Below, piece after piece: positions 29,101 to 36,670 of a DNA stretch of 64,000 bases. The position numbers and the translations under genes were made by a program. This DNA is from Candidatus Woesearchaeota archaeon (GTDB taxonomy: Archaea; Nanobdellota; Nanobdellia; Woesearchaeales; ARS49). The stretch spans positions 2,517 through 66,516 of the forward strand of contig JACQMS010000011.1 in assembly GCA_016203445.1 (NCBI GenBank). The letters are read 5' to 3'. Each line of letters begins with the position of its first letter. Position 1 is the stretch's first letter. Under the pieces are notes generated by a model that saw nothing but the letters and a program-made list of their open reading frames with translations, did not search any database and had not been told where the DNA came from.

Positions 29101-32100
29101 TTTTTGAAAGTTTCAGGAATTTTCAAAATTTTATCACTGCCACTAAGAGCTGAAGTAACAGCGTCCTGCTTTGTTTGAACAAACAATTTATCGAAAGAAA
29201 TGGGGTCAGAAATAAAAATGTCAGAACCAATATTAGAACTAGACAAACCCGTAAGAACATCGCCAGAAGTAACAGTAACTCTCAAACTGGAAGGAACTGG
29301 AGGAGTTACAGACTTCTCAAATGAAGATACCGCTCCGGGAAATTCCAACAAATTATCAACAGAACGAGTCACGGCGCCTTGAGATGCACCATCAACAAAA
29401 AATTCTGATTTTGTGGTTAGAGTTACAGGAATTTCAGGAATGCAGACAACAGATGAAGACGAAGCATAATCTGAATACCCAAAAACAGTCTCGTCTCCAG
29501 AAGTGCCAGTACTTGAGGTGTGATGATTCTCAACAAAAAACTTTTGAGTGTTAGAACTCTTTTCTGAAGGAATATCAATGGAAACTATTTGCCCATCATA
29601 AAGGCCCAAATATCCTGCATCAGAAATTTTAAGAAAATCTGAATAGTCATAATTACTGTAATCCCATCCTTGAATAGGGACGGAAAGATGTTCCACGCGC
29701 GCAATTACTGCACCCGCATCGTTCTTTATGACAGTAAAAGCTATAGGAACTTTCTCACTAAATGTATAATCATCGCCTTGACTATCTTTTTGGGTTACAG
29801 ATATCGTTGGCCAATCAAGCTTAACATTAAGAGCCGAACACCTGACTGGAGAGGCAACAGTCGCTTCAGAACCAGAGACGGTCATACCAATACCATTACC
29901 ATTAACGGTTGCAATGATTGGAGGAATAATACCACCAGAATAATCAAAAGATGAACCCTTGCCCTTAAACTCCAAACTAGTAATCGTTGAAGGACTAACA
30001 GGAAGTGAAGACGTTAAAGAATAAGTAATCTTGAGCTCAACATTTTTATCAATATGTTTTGGAGAAACTCCATCAATAGCCCTAGCAATATCACTAATAT
30101 CCGCGAGAACCAAATTATTTAGTTCAGGAGCTGTAATCTTTGCAGTGAAAGGAGTAATTCTTGAAAGCTCTGCGCGCTTAATATTCTCCGCTTCTGAAGG
30201 TGAAGGAACATAAAGATAAACGGGCGAGGACACTCCACCGGAAAGTTGTGAAGAAGTAATAATATTACCAGGAATATAATCAACACTTCCATAGGCATTT
30301 TTAGTTATAGGATTTGTTGACAATAAAACATTTTTTGATAAAGGAATTAAAACATAACTCTCAGCACCAGGAATAGTAGTCGAAGAAATCACTAACTGAT
30401 TACTATCAACAACGCCGGGTTTCAGATCTGCGGTTTTGATAACTCTCTTCACGGGAACGGCTCTGGCGTTAAAACACTCAATACCTGTCCAGGAAGCACC
30501 AGAACTAAGAGTTAAAGAAACAGAATTTACAAAATTGCCTGCAGGAATACTTGATGAATCAACAACATATTCAGCAGTACCATCACCATCATCATCAGGA
30601 CGCATAACCGCGGGTAAATTTTTTGAACCCGAAGAATCACCAACAAAACTAACGGCGGCGCTATAAAACAGAGGGGAAGAATGCGAACCAACAGCGTCAA
30701 TGTTCAAAATCAGAGAAGTGCAAGATTTAGGAGTTGGAAAAGTATAAGTTTTAGTTTCGGTAGAGGTTCCAGAAAAAGTAATAGAAGGATTAACAGAACC
30801 AGCAGTAACGCTTAAAGACTTAACGCCGAAAACAGCGATATCAAATTTTGATAACAACTCCTTGCTCACATCAGGAACGCCGCACATCAACCTATCAGAA
30901 CCATTAAGAAGTATTTGGTTATCGAAAAAGCAAGAACTCTTATAAACAGTACCGTTAACGGACTCAACCCACTCCCACTTTTTAGAACCATCGAGCTGAA
31001 CAACGTTATCACAAAACAACCTTTTATTATTCACAACCTCATTAGTATTACAATCAAGAGAGCCATCATCACCACAACAACCACTACCAAAAGTTACTAA
31101 ATCGTTAAAAACAAAACCAGTCTTAGTAATTGAAGCTCCAGGAGCAGTTTGAGCGTTCTCACAAGAATTCTTCCAAAAATCCCTATCATCCAAAAAATCG
31201 CAAACCCTATTCAAATCACTATCAAGACAAGAATAAACATAAACCTTGTCATCAAGCAAAGCATTACCACTAGAATCAACAAGCTTACCACCAGCCTTAA
31301 GATCAGAACCCCTATCAGTAATAATACTAGAAGGCTCAAAAGTATAAAACCAATCAACAGAAGGATAAGAAACAGGAGTTTTAGAAGAAAACCAGACCAT
31401 AACCTTAGGGTTAGAAGAGTTAAGCCATTGAATATTATGATCTTTAGAGTTTATAGCACTAATGGCTCCGGGAGAACCGGTACTGCCAGAGTTTTGACAG
31501 ATAGTTCCACCAGTGTAATAATCAGTTCTTGGAATCATTAAGTCCCTAACTGTTCCTAGAAATAGTGCATTATCATTGATAGATATCTTTGCCTTTTTAG
31601 GATTTAATGAGCTTGGAGAAATGGTTTTTCTTAATCGAAATGATACATCATTCAAGCTCATAGATGTCGCATCACCTAGTTCTGACATGAACCGGGCATT
31701 TGTAGCACTGATACTACTCAAAGGCAAGTCTAATGAATGCCACCCATAATATGAACCTCTACCCCAATCTTCTGTGAATACTTCGCCCCCATTATTGGGA
31801 AAATAAATGTGGATATTGGCATATCTTGATTTTTCTTTACACGGATCATCAGTATATGCTTTTACTCTCAAATTGATAACTTCTATGGGCGCATCAGAAA
31901 AAGTTACATCTAAAGATCCATACCTATTATCGCCCGTGCAGGCATTTCTTCCAACAGTAAAAAATCCTGACTTTCCCCAACAACTTCCCCCAACACTATA
32001 CTCTGATATATAATCTGCGTATATACTAAAAGATTCTTCAGCGGAACCCGCCAAGGAGAAAAAACATAAAAGTATGATTATACTAAATATCAAGACTGCT

Positions 32101-32120
32101 CTCTTAATGAACTTGCCCAT
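26124..32120 (-). CDS. Giant (1998 aa) secreted Cys-, Ser-, Gly-, Asn-rich protein; no obvious TM anchor
   Basis: Sec signal MGKFIKRAVLIFSIIILLCFFSLAGSA|EE. Uninterrupted 6-kb ORF, beta-rich composition, many N-x-S/T sequons. Confidence 0.8.
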   Translation of the reverse strand: MGKFIKRAVLIFSIIILLCFFSLAGSAEESFSIYADYISEYSVGGSCWGKSGFFTVGRNACTGDNRYGSLDVTFSDAPIEVINLRVKAYTDDPCKEKSRYANIHIYFPNNGGEVFTEDWGRGSYYGWHSLDLPLSSISATNARFMSELGDATSMSLNDVSFRLRKTISPSSLNPKKAKISINDNALFLGTVRDLMIPRTDYYTGGTICQNSGSTGSPGAISAINSKDHNIQWLNSSNPKVMVWFSSKTPVSYPSVDWFYTFEPSSIITDRGSDLKAGGKLVDSSGNALLDDKVYVYSCLDSDLNRVCDFLDDRDFWKNSCENAQTAPGASITKTGFVFNDLVTFGSGCCGDDGSLDCNTNEVVNNKRLFCDNVVQLDGSKKWEWVESVNGTVYKSSCFFDNQILLNGSDRLMCGVPDVSKELLSKFDIAVFGVKSLSVTAGSVNPSITFSGTSTETKTYTFPTPKSCTSLILNIDAVGSHSSPLFYSAAVSFVGDSSGSKNLPAVMRPDDDGDGTAEYVVDSSSIPAGNFVNSVSLTLSSGASWTGIECFNARAVPVKRVIKTADLKPGVVDSNQLVISSTTIPGAESYVLIPLSKNVLLSTNPITKNAYGSVDYIPGNIITSSQLSGGVSSPVYLYVPSPSEAENIKRAELSRITPFTAKITAPELNNLVLADISDIARAIDGVSPKHIDKNVELKITYSLTSSLPVSPSTITSLEFKGKGSSFDYSGGIIPPIIATVNGNGIGMTVSGSEATVASPVRCSALNVKLDWPTISVTQKDSQGDDYTFSEKVPIAFTVIKNDAGAVIARVEHLSVPIQGWDYSNYDYSDFLKISDAGYLGLYDGQIVSIDIPSEKSSNTQKFFVENHHTSSTGTSGDETVFGYSDYASSSSVVCIPEIPVTLTTKSEFFVDGASQGAVTRSVDNLLEFPGAVSSFEKSVTPPVPSSLRVTVTSGDVLTGLSSSNIGSDIFISDPISFDKLFVQTKQDAVTSALSGSDKILKIPETFKKVTVFNSGKSHDFVCTSKSVNDNSLTGLWIRECAMVDGGGSSGFASLSPKSLTKNIDGSLVGKSSSEKLYEIPSLTFSNVGTFHSSCSPNCDLVVKDGFNAPFLQGDGLISLRVVLNGLEKIGGGRGGSLTATDWSDFVGTLTFLSYNNGASSAKIWFEKPSATGGGVIKCSLNDGTKSSPVEVSQPWNIENSFTVGFSWGALNAECLLNGVVVEKSFASKLGPLQLFQFAVPGQKFSIGGILSSTSIDDNYKYSFDYYIDFYSSRNSEELYCSPFGRWSSELDSLSLNNKFACAEIKKSSQFLTSRDLDIGTVDSGNDRKFVWTGSKCCGEWGQMPEFYNDRLPLSSNKPDVNAFYQGKVDEDSGGCWNSTFVASGTSQLWGKISIDDNTRPSLLGGAVANINGQFVGCDIKDSGILSLTAGNANMRTSENLVAGYPACSMLNASLHTSVSSNPLKQYALCQPGGSGNGKWNIFNIPQDPLDVSNPVRGFDGSNPQIVGLVPVMVKLLSDNSVKELSNSPSTGKFSKDSVIGEELFNLSYFESVNKNYYSATGCCVKGYCWNGNSCVSDQKNDASLSLTKEKYRCETAANGDGVWTEITPKTSPDFGSTGFCPKAEHCFAKTPSGGSVVGNRTSWYESSDSWNKFWCANSGTFISFHSSTSSNPPRRDAFCDNGAWTSRATYLSSALYDFVKSSNDYELFCGSVKDVKSVSGVSAAIGSMGVDNSCKPVDGDSSRPDNCISTMCVLKRPNLPVIIGAVLNVPINKSTTDNSATFLKSLGSTNNNECLSIISQSRDEFMKCSNVGTKTLYYNPVKQLAIFSVDSSITKPSSSKSINDLFLSQSNTNIFNSAVGSPAENALYSTTVYQDINGLSVPSTTKDSSSKPLYSRADYSKVFLAKSSTTSGASIVYAILFEDVYIGVPSGGTPRSSFFAVYENAHPQIKENLDRYKSVLGVYNSGSNYYVVASEVNKFSTADTSWKDLTTKLRLIGGS

Positions 32121-32238
32121 ATCACAACCTCTTTTTTAATAATATTCATTCATAAGTGATTAGTTTATTTTTAAATGTTTGCCTAGAAAGGTTTAAAAAC
32201 TTGATTATGTATAGTCCTAGGAAAAAAGAGACAAAAAA

Positions 32239-32799
32239 ATGAAAAAAGTTATAGAATTTGTTGGAGTGCTGATTCTCATATTTGGAATTATTCTAGTTGC
32301 GGGAATATTCAAAAATTCAAACACCCCCATTACAGATTTTGAAATAAAATATAATGAATGTTTAAACATGCAACGAGCAGAATCTCACGTTGAAGCAATA
32401 CAGAAGAATAATCCAAAATTGTGCGATAATAGTTTTGACCCGGAAATGTGCAAAGCCAAAATTCTTGGAAATTCCAGTTTTTGTGAAGGATACGAAGGAG
32501 TGAAAAAAGATTATTGCAAAGGCACAATAACAGGAAATATAAATTTTTGTGGTACGAGTGGCACTTGTAAAGCGGAAGTTCTAAAAAATCCAGCATTGTG
32601 CTTAAGGAATAAAAGTGTTGAAGATGACTCTTTTAGCGACAGAGATTGTAAAATTCTTGCAGGAGAAAAAAGTGACTCTGAAGAATTCTGTTATGATACG
32701 ACGTGGAGTGACCTGGCATTTATGAAGTATGATTCATCACTATGTTCAAACATTCTGAACGATGATAGCAGAAAAAGTTGTGAAACAAAAGCACAATAA
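32239..32799 (+). CDS. Small N-terminally anchored protein with regularly spaced cysteines (about 10 Cys-containing repeats)
   Basis: MKKVIEFVGVLILIFGIILVAGIF TM helix, then C…C spacing of about 10-14 aa throughout. Divergently transcribed from the giant operon. Confidence 0.5.
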   Translation: MKKVIEFVGVLILIFGIILVAGIFKNSNTPITDFEIKYNECLNMQRAESHVEAIQKNNPKLCDNSFDPEMCKAKILGNSSFCEGYEGVKKDYCKGTITGNINFCGTSGTCKAEVLKNPALCLRNKSVEDDSFSDRDCKILAGEKSDSEEFCYDTTWSDLAFMKYDSSLCSNILNDDSRKSCETKAQ

Positions 32800-32829
32800 C
32801 TACCAATTCCATAATTTTTTAACTTCTAT

Positions 32830-32872
32830 ATCTCTCATTCCTAAAACTTTCAGCAATGCCTCAACATCATGC
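32830..32872. repeat. Direct repeat copy A (43 bp perfect core; similarity extends to about 100 bp with indels)
   Basis: atctctcattcctaaaactttcagcaatgcctcaacatcatgc is identical to 34322..34364. Overlaps the stop of the AAA+ ATPase gene. Confidence 0.75.
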
Positions 32873-34177
32873 CAAAAGCGCGAACAATGCAACAGGAATA
32901 ATTTTCACTTTTCCTTCAAGATTTACATCATTTTTTGATAATATAAATTTTTGTAGAAGATCTATTTTTGGAAAGTCTTTTGTTGAAACGCTTTCCTGCC
33001 ATTTAACTTCTATGCCCACGCCCTCACTAACAAAGTCCAGCTCTTTAGAACTTCTTAAGAATTTAACGCCAAGATTTTTTCTTCTCAAGCATTCTCCAAC
33101 AATACCCTCAACAATCTTAGGAACGTTTTCCTGTTTTTTTTCGGCGAGTCCCAAAGTTTTTAGTGATGCAATATGAAAAATAAATGGGTCTATAAAGTAA
33201 ACTTTTCTTTCTTTTCTAAAAAAAGGGGTTTTATCATACTCCTTCCAATAACTTCTTAAAACGTACAAACTTTCAAGAACTTCCAAATAATCACGAACAG
33301 TTATGTGCGAGGGGATTTCAACTTCTTTGGCAAGAGCACTTAAAGAAAATGATGAAGAGTACATTTTAACAACACCTTTCAGAACCGCACTTAAGGTGCG
33401 CTCACTAAGACCAATGCTTGAAATATCCCCAGCAATCCATTCCCAATATATTTGAAAAGTTTCATCCCGTATTTTTCCTTCTTCAATTAATTCATAAGCT
33501 GCACGCAAAAATCCGCCGCAATGAATGTAAAAATCGAATAGCTTGCTGATTTCTGTAATGTTGGGAAGAAGTTTTGGGGCACTCCTAACCATATTTTTAA
33601 TATTACTATGAAAAGAAATTGTTTTCTTCAAAGAACTGCTTCCGAAAACAACACAAAAATTCTTGAAATCAAGAGGTAAAAACTCTTTTATTTTTATCGG
33701 TCTGCCAGGAAATCTCTCTTTTTGAAGCTCCAAAGTTGTAGAACCAGTAAAATAAAAATTCATTCCTTCATTAAGATATTTAATTTCCAAAATTTGTTTC
33801 ACAGATCTTTCCCAATTATTAACAAAACTTATCTCGTCGAGAAAAATATATTTTCCTCCGGATTTTTTGAACAAAGAAACTATATCAATAATATCCTGAT
33901 AATTCATAACAAGATTACAAACAAAGTATAAACAATGCGTTGCAGGAACTTTTTTATCTAAGAGTTCTTTAATGCAAAGCTTCAAATAAGTGGTTTTTCC
34001 AGTTTGTCTGGGACCAAGAATTAAGTGATTGCCTTCTACAAATTTTGGAATGAATAAATGTTTTTTATTGACAGCATAACTAACTTGAGCATCCTTCTCA
34101 ATTTCAAGGATGTCACTCCACCAGGGGTTTTGGCTAACAACGGAATTCCAATCCATGAATTGATAACGAGATATCAC
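32867..34177 (-). CDS. AAA+ superfamily ATPase (COG1373 / DUF4143-type)
   Basis: Walker A LILGPRQTGKTTYLK, Walker B IFLDEISFV, 436 aa with the C-terminal DUF4143-like region typical of this archaeal family. Confidence 0.8.
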   Translation of the reverse strand: MISRYQFMDWNSVVSQNPWWSDILEIEKDAQVSYAVNKKHLFIPKFVEGNHLILGPRQTGKTTYLKLCIKELLDKKVPATHCLYFVCNLVMNYQDIIDIVSLFKKSGGKYIFLDEISFVNNWERSVKQILEIKYLNEGMNFYFTGSTTLELQKERFPGRPIKIKEFLPLDFKNFCVVFGSSSLKKTISFHSNIKNMVRSAPKLLPNITEISKLFDFYIHCGGFLRAAYELIEEGKIRDETFQIYWEWIAGDISSIGLSERTLSAVLKGVVKMYSSSFSLSALAKEVEIPSHITVRDYLEVLESLYVLRSYWKEYDKTPFFRKERKVYFIDPFIFHIASLKTLGLAEKKQENVPKIVEGIVGECLRRKNLGVKFLRSSKELDFVSEGVGIEVKWQESVSTKDFPKIDLLQKFILSKNDVNLEGKVKIIPVALFALLA

Positions 34178-34291
34178 AACTATATAAATGTTTCGATATC
34201 ACAATATCAAAACTTGAGTAAGTTATGATATTTTGATGTCAAAACGCTTTTGACATTTTTAACACTGAATTACACAAGACAAGCACGGCAC

Positions 34292-34774
34292 TCACCACTT
34301 CCACAAATTCTTGACTTCAACATCTCTCATTCCTAAAACTTTCAGCAATGCCTCAACATCATGCAAAGAGCGCAAATGCTCTGAAGATTCAGCAAAACTA
34401 CCTGCACGCATTTGAACTTTGTATTTTCTACACAAAGAGATATTCTGTCTGACACGACCAATAAGCACGGCCCTCTGCCTGCCAGAAGTTTCTATAATGG
34501 CCCTAATGTTAATAACCCAAAAAATATTTTTTTTGCTCATAATAACACAAATAACATGATTAAGACCAGACCTTCTATAATGCAAAGAGTCACGAGGCTC
34601 GATGTATTCAAAATCGTAAATGCCTTTAACGCCCCTCCTCTCCACGAGCGCGCGAACATCCTCACCAGCTTGAAAAACGCCCATTTTTGAAGACTCCTCA
34701 ACAAGAAAGCCAAGTCTTTCAGCCATCGAAACAATAACAGAATTTTTCTTCAAAATAATATCTTTATGAGTCAT
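34292..34774 (-). CDS. Hypothetical protein (160 aa). Its C-terminal ~25 codons lie inside the direct repeat.
   Basis: ORF with ordinary composition. A near-copy of its C-terminus (HDVEALLKVLGMRDIEVKKLWNW*) is readable out of frame just downstream of the ATPase gene. Confidence 0.45.
   Translation of the reverse strand: MTHKDIILKKNSVIVSMAERLGFLVEESSKMGVFQAGEDVRALVERRGVKGIYDFEYIEPRDSLHYRRSGLNHVICVIMSKKNIFWVINIRAIIETSGRQRAVLIGRVRQNISLCRKYKVQMRAGSFAESSEHLRSLHDVEALLKVLGMRDVEVKNLWKW
34322..34364. repeat. Direct repeat copy B (43 bp perfect core)
   Basis: Identical to 32830..32872. Encodes …HDVEALLKVLGMRD… near the C-terminus of ORF 34292..34774. Confidence 0.75.
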
Positions 34775-34789
34775 AGATTCATCACCGAT

Positions 34790-35317
34790 TCATTTATGAA
34801 CTATTTCTTTAGTAATATCGATAATATTTTTGCACAGGTTTTTCAATCTATTCATTTTTGGCCCATCTTTCAAAGAGGTTTGTGTGCCGTAAGTATATTC
34901 TTCTCTGAGGGTTATAACATGAAGCGTTTCGTCTTCAACATCAGAATATTCTAACAATTCTATAAATTTTTCATCAATATCAATTTTATTTTGCTCCTTA
35001 AGAAATCTTATTAAAGAAATTGTGCACGTCTGATTAGAAGATTCATAACCAAACTTTGCGGCGATGGCTAAGAAACAATGATAAACACAATAAAATCCTG
35101 CGGACGCAGACCAGTCAGAAAAACCTATTTCACTAAACTTATCAATACCTTCAAGATTGTGCTCTGCTTTGACTAAATGTTTTTTTGCATCAACAATTCT
35201 TAATCCCACCTTCAAAAGCCCCCTATGTTTCAGTCTCTTGTCCAGATTTTTACAGTCTTCAATTTCTTTCTGCGCTTTATTTAAGCACCATTCAACATGT
35301 TCAGAAGCTTGCGACAT
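34790..35317 (-). CDS. HEPN-domain protein (putative toxin of a HEPN–MNT pair)
   Basis: RIVDAKKH fits the Rx4-6H HEPN motif. Lies immediately downstream of, and overlaps by 17 nt, a nucleotidyltransferase gene (the canonical mntA–hepT order). Confidence 0.5.
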   Translation of the reverse strand: MSQASEHVEWCLNKAQKEIEDCKNLDKRLKHRGLLKVGLRIVDAKKHLVKAEHNLEGIDKFSEIGFSDWSASAGFYCVYHCFLAIAAKFGYESSNQTCTISLIRFLKEQNKIDIDEKFIELLEYSDVEDETLHVITLREEYTYGTQTSLKDGPKMNRLKNLCKNIIDITKEIVHK

Positions 35318-35891
35318 TTTTTAAAACCTCAACGTATTTGTTCTGCCCGCATAAAACAACTGCATTTTTTATAATATTAATAATTGCCTCATTCTTATTT
35401 TTTACATTTTCCAACAAATCTTTACAGGTCAATTTAATAACGTGAATTTTTTTGGGAAGAATATGCCCTTTCTTTTCTATTATGCTGTTTACTTCTTTGA
35501 TGTTTTTATTGTCCATTACAATAAGCACATCAATATCACGAGCACTAGAATAATCTTTAACCGCAGAGCCAAACAATGCCACAATGCGATTGCCCACAAA
35601 AAGTTCTTTAAACTCTTCTTTCCAACGCTTGAAATTATTCGCTTCATCTGCAAGGAGAAAAATTAAAAGTTGAATTGTGTACGTGTCATCAAAGTTTATT
35701 TTATAGATTATTGATTTTCCAATAGTCCTTTTTATAACTATGTTTGATTCGAAAAGCCTTTTGAGTAATTTTTGTGCTCCTACATGACTAATTTTAAGAA
35801 TTTTGCTTATAGAATTTGCATTATAAAATGCAGAATAATCTTTGAACAAAATAAGCAACGCTTCTCGTTCTTTGGAAGTCAGGTTTATCAT
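35301..35891 (-). CDS. Minimal nucleotidyltransferase (MNT) fused to an N-terminal winged-helix domain (putative antitoxin)
   Basis: ALFGSAVKDYSSARDIDVLIVMD (GS…D.D polymerase-beta NTase motif). N-terminal wHTH-like ~70 aa. Confidence 0.75.
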   Translation of the reverse strand: MINLTSKEREALLILFKDYSAFYNANSISKILKISHVGAQKLLKRLFESNIVIKRTIGKSIIYKINFDDTYTIQLLIFLLADEANNFKRWKEEFKELFVGNRIVALFGSAVKDYSSARDIDVLIVMDNKNIKEVNSIIEKKGHILPKKIHVIKLTCKDLLENVKNKNEAIINIIKNAVVLCGQNKYVEVLKNVASF

Positions 35892-35998
35892 AGTACTCTC
35901 CAGTTATCATATAATAACTGGAAGTTACTATTTAAACATTTCTATTATTAGAAATACAAGAAGAAAGATTATTATAGTTCCATAAACACAAAAAATTC

Positions 35999-36670
35999 AT
36001 GAATGACTATCAACTAACAAGAATAAACCAATATTTAGCATTGTGCGGAGTAGCATCCAGAAGAAAAAGCGAAGATTTGATAAGAAGCGGCAGGGTAACC
36101 ATAAATGGCAGGGAAGCAAAACTCGGACAAAAGGTTGGAGAGAAGGATGAAGTATTATTAGATGGGGAGAAAATAAGTAAAGAGCACTCGGTATACATAG
36201 CGTTCTACAAGCCCAAAGGAGTAATATCATCAATAGTGAGAGAAAGAGGGCTGCCATGCGCACTAGACTACATAGATGTAGAGGAAAGAATATTCATAGC
36301 GGGAAGACTTGATTTAGACGCCGAAGGACTACTAGTGTTAACAAATGACGGGTTGTGGGCGACAAAAATCGCCCATCCGAAACATGAAACTTCAAAAACT
36401 TACGTCGTAAAACTAAAAAACAGGCTTGACAGAGCCCCACAAAAAATGTTTATAGATGGAAGACCAGTTGAGATAAAAGCGAAAAAAAGAACACACTATA
36501 TATGGGAGATAACTATTCATGAAGGAAGAAAACACATAGTTAAAAGAATATTTGAGGAATTAAACAACAAAGTATTAATGCTACTGCGAGTAAGAATAGG
36601 CAATATAACTCTAAAAAATTTGAAAAGAGGAGAGTGGAGATACCTGTCAAGTAGAGAGGTGGAAATTTGA
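35999..36670 (+). CDS. RsuA/RluB-family pseudouridine synthase with an N-terminal S4 domain
   Basis: S4 domain (NQYLALCGVASRRKSEDLIRSGRVTING) plus catalytic Asp motif RLDLDAEGLLVLTNDG. Confidence 0.8.
   Translation: MNDYQLTRINQYLALCGVASRRKSEDLIRSGRVTINGREAKLGQKVGEKDEVLLDGEKISKEHSVYIAFYKPKGVISSIVRERGLPCALDYIDVEERIFIAGRLDLDAEGLLVLTNDGLWATKIAHPKHETSKTYVVKLKNRLDRAPQKMFIDGRPVEIKAKKRTHYIWEITIHEGRKHIVKRIFEELNNKVLMLLRVRIGNITLKNLKRGEWRYLSSREVEI

Noticed and set aside
26724-31541. Numerous 60-130-aa plus-strand ORFs across the 1998-aa gene
   Set aside because: These are antisense or alternate-frame artefacts of a 6-kb uninterrupted minus-strand ORF. Their compositions are Arg/Thr/Ile-rich nonsense.
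34412-34690. 92-aa plus-strand ORF inside the 160-aa minus-strand ORF
   Set aside because: It is the opposite-strand frame of a plausible gene. There is no independent support.
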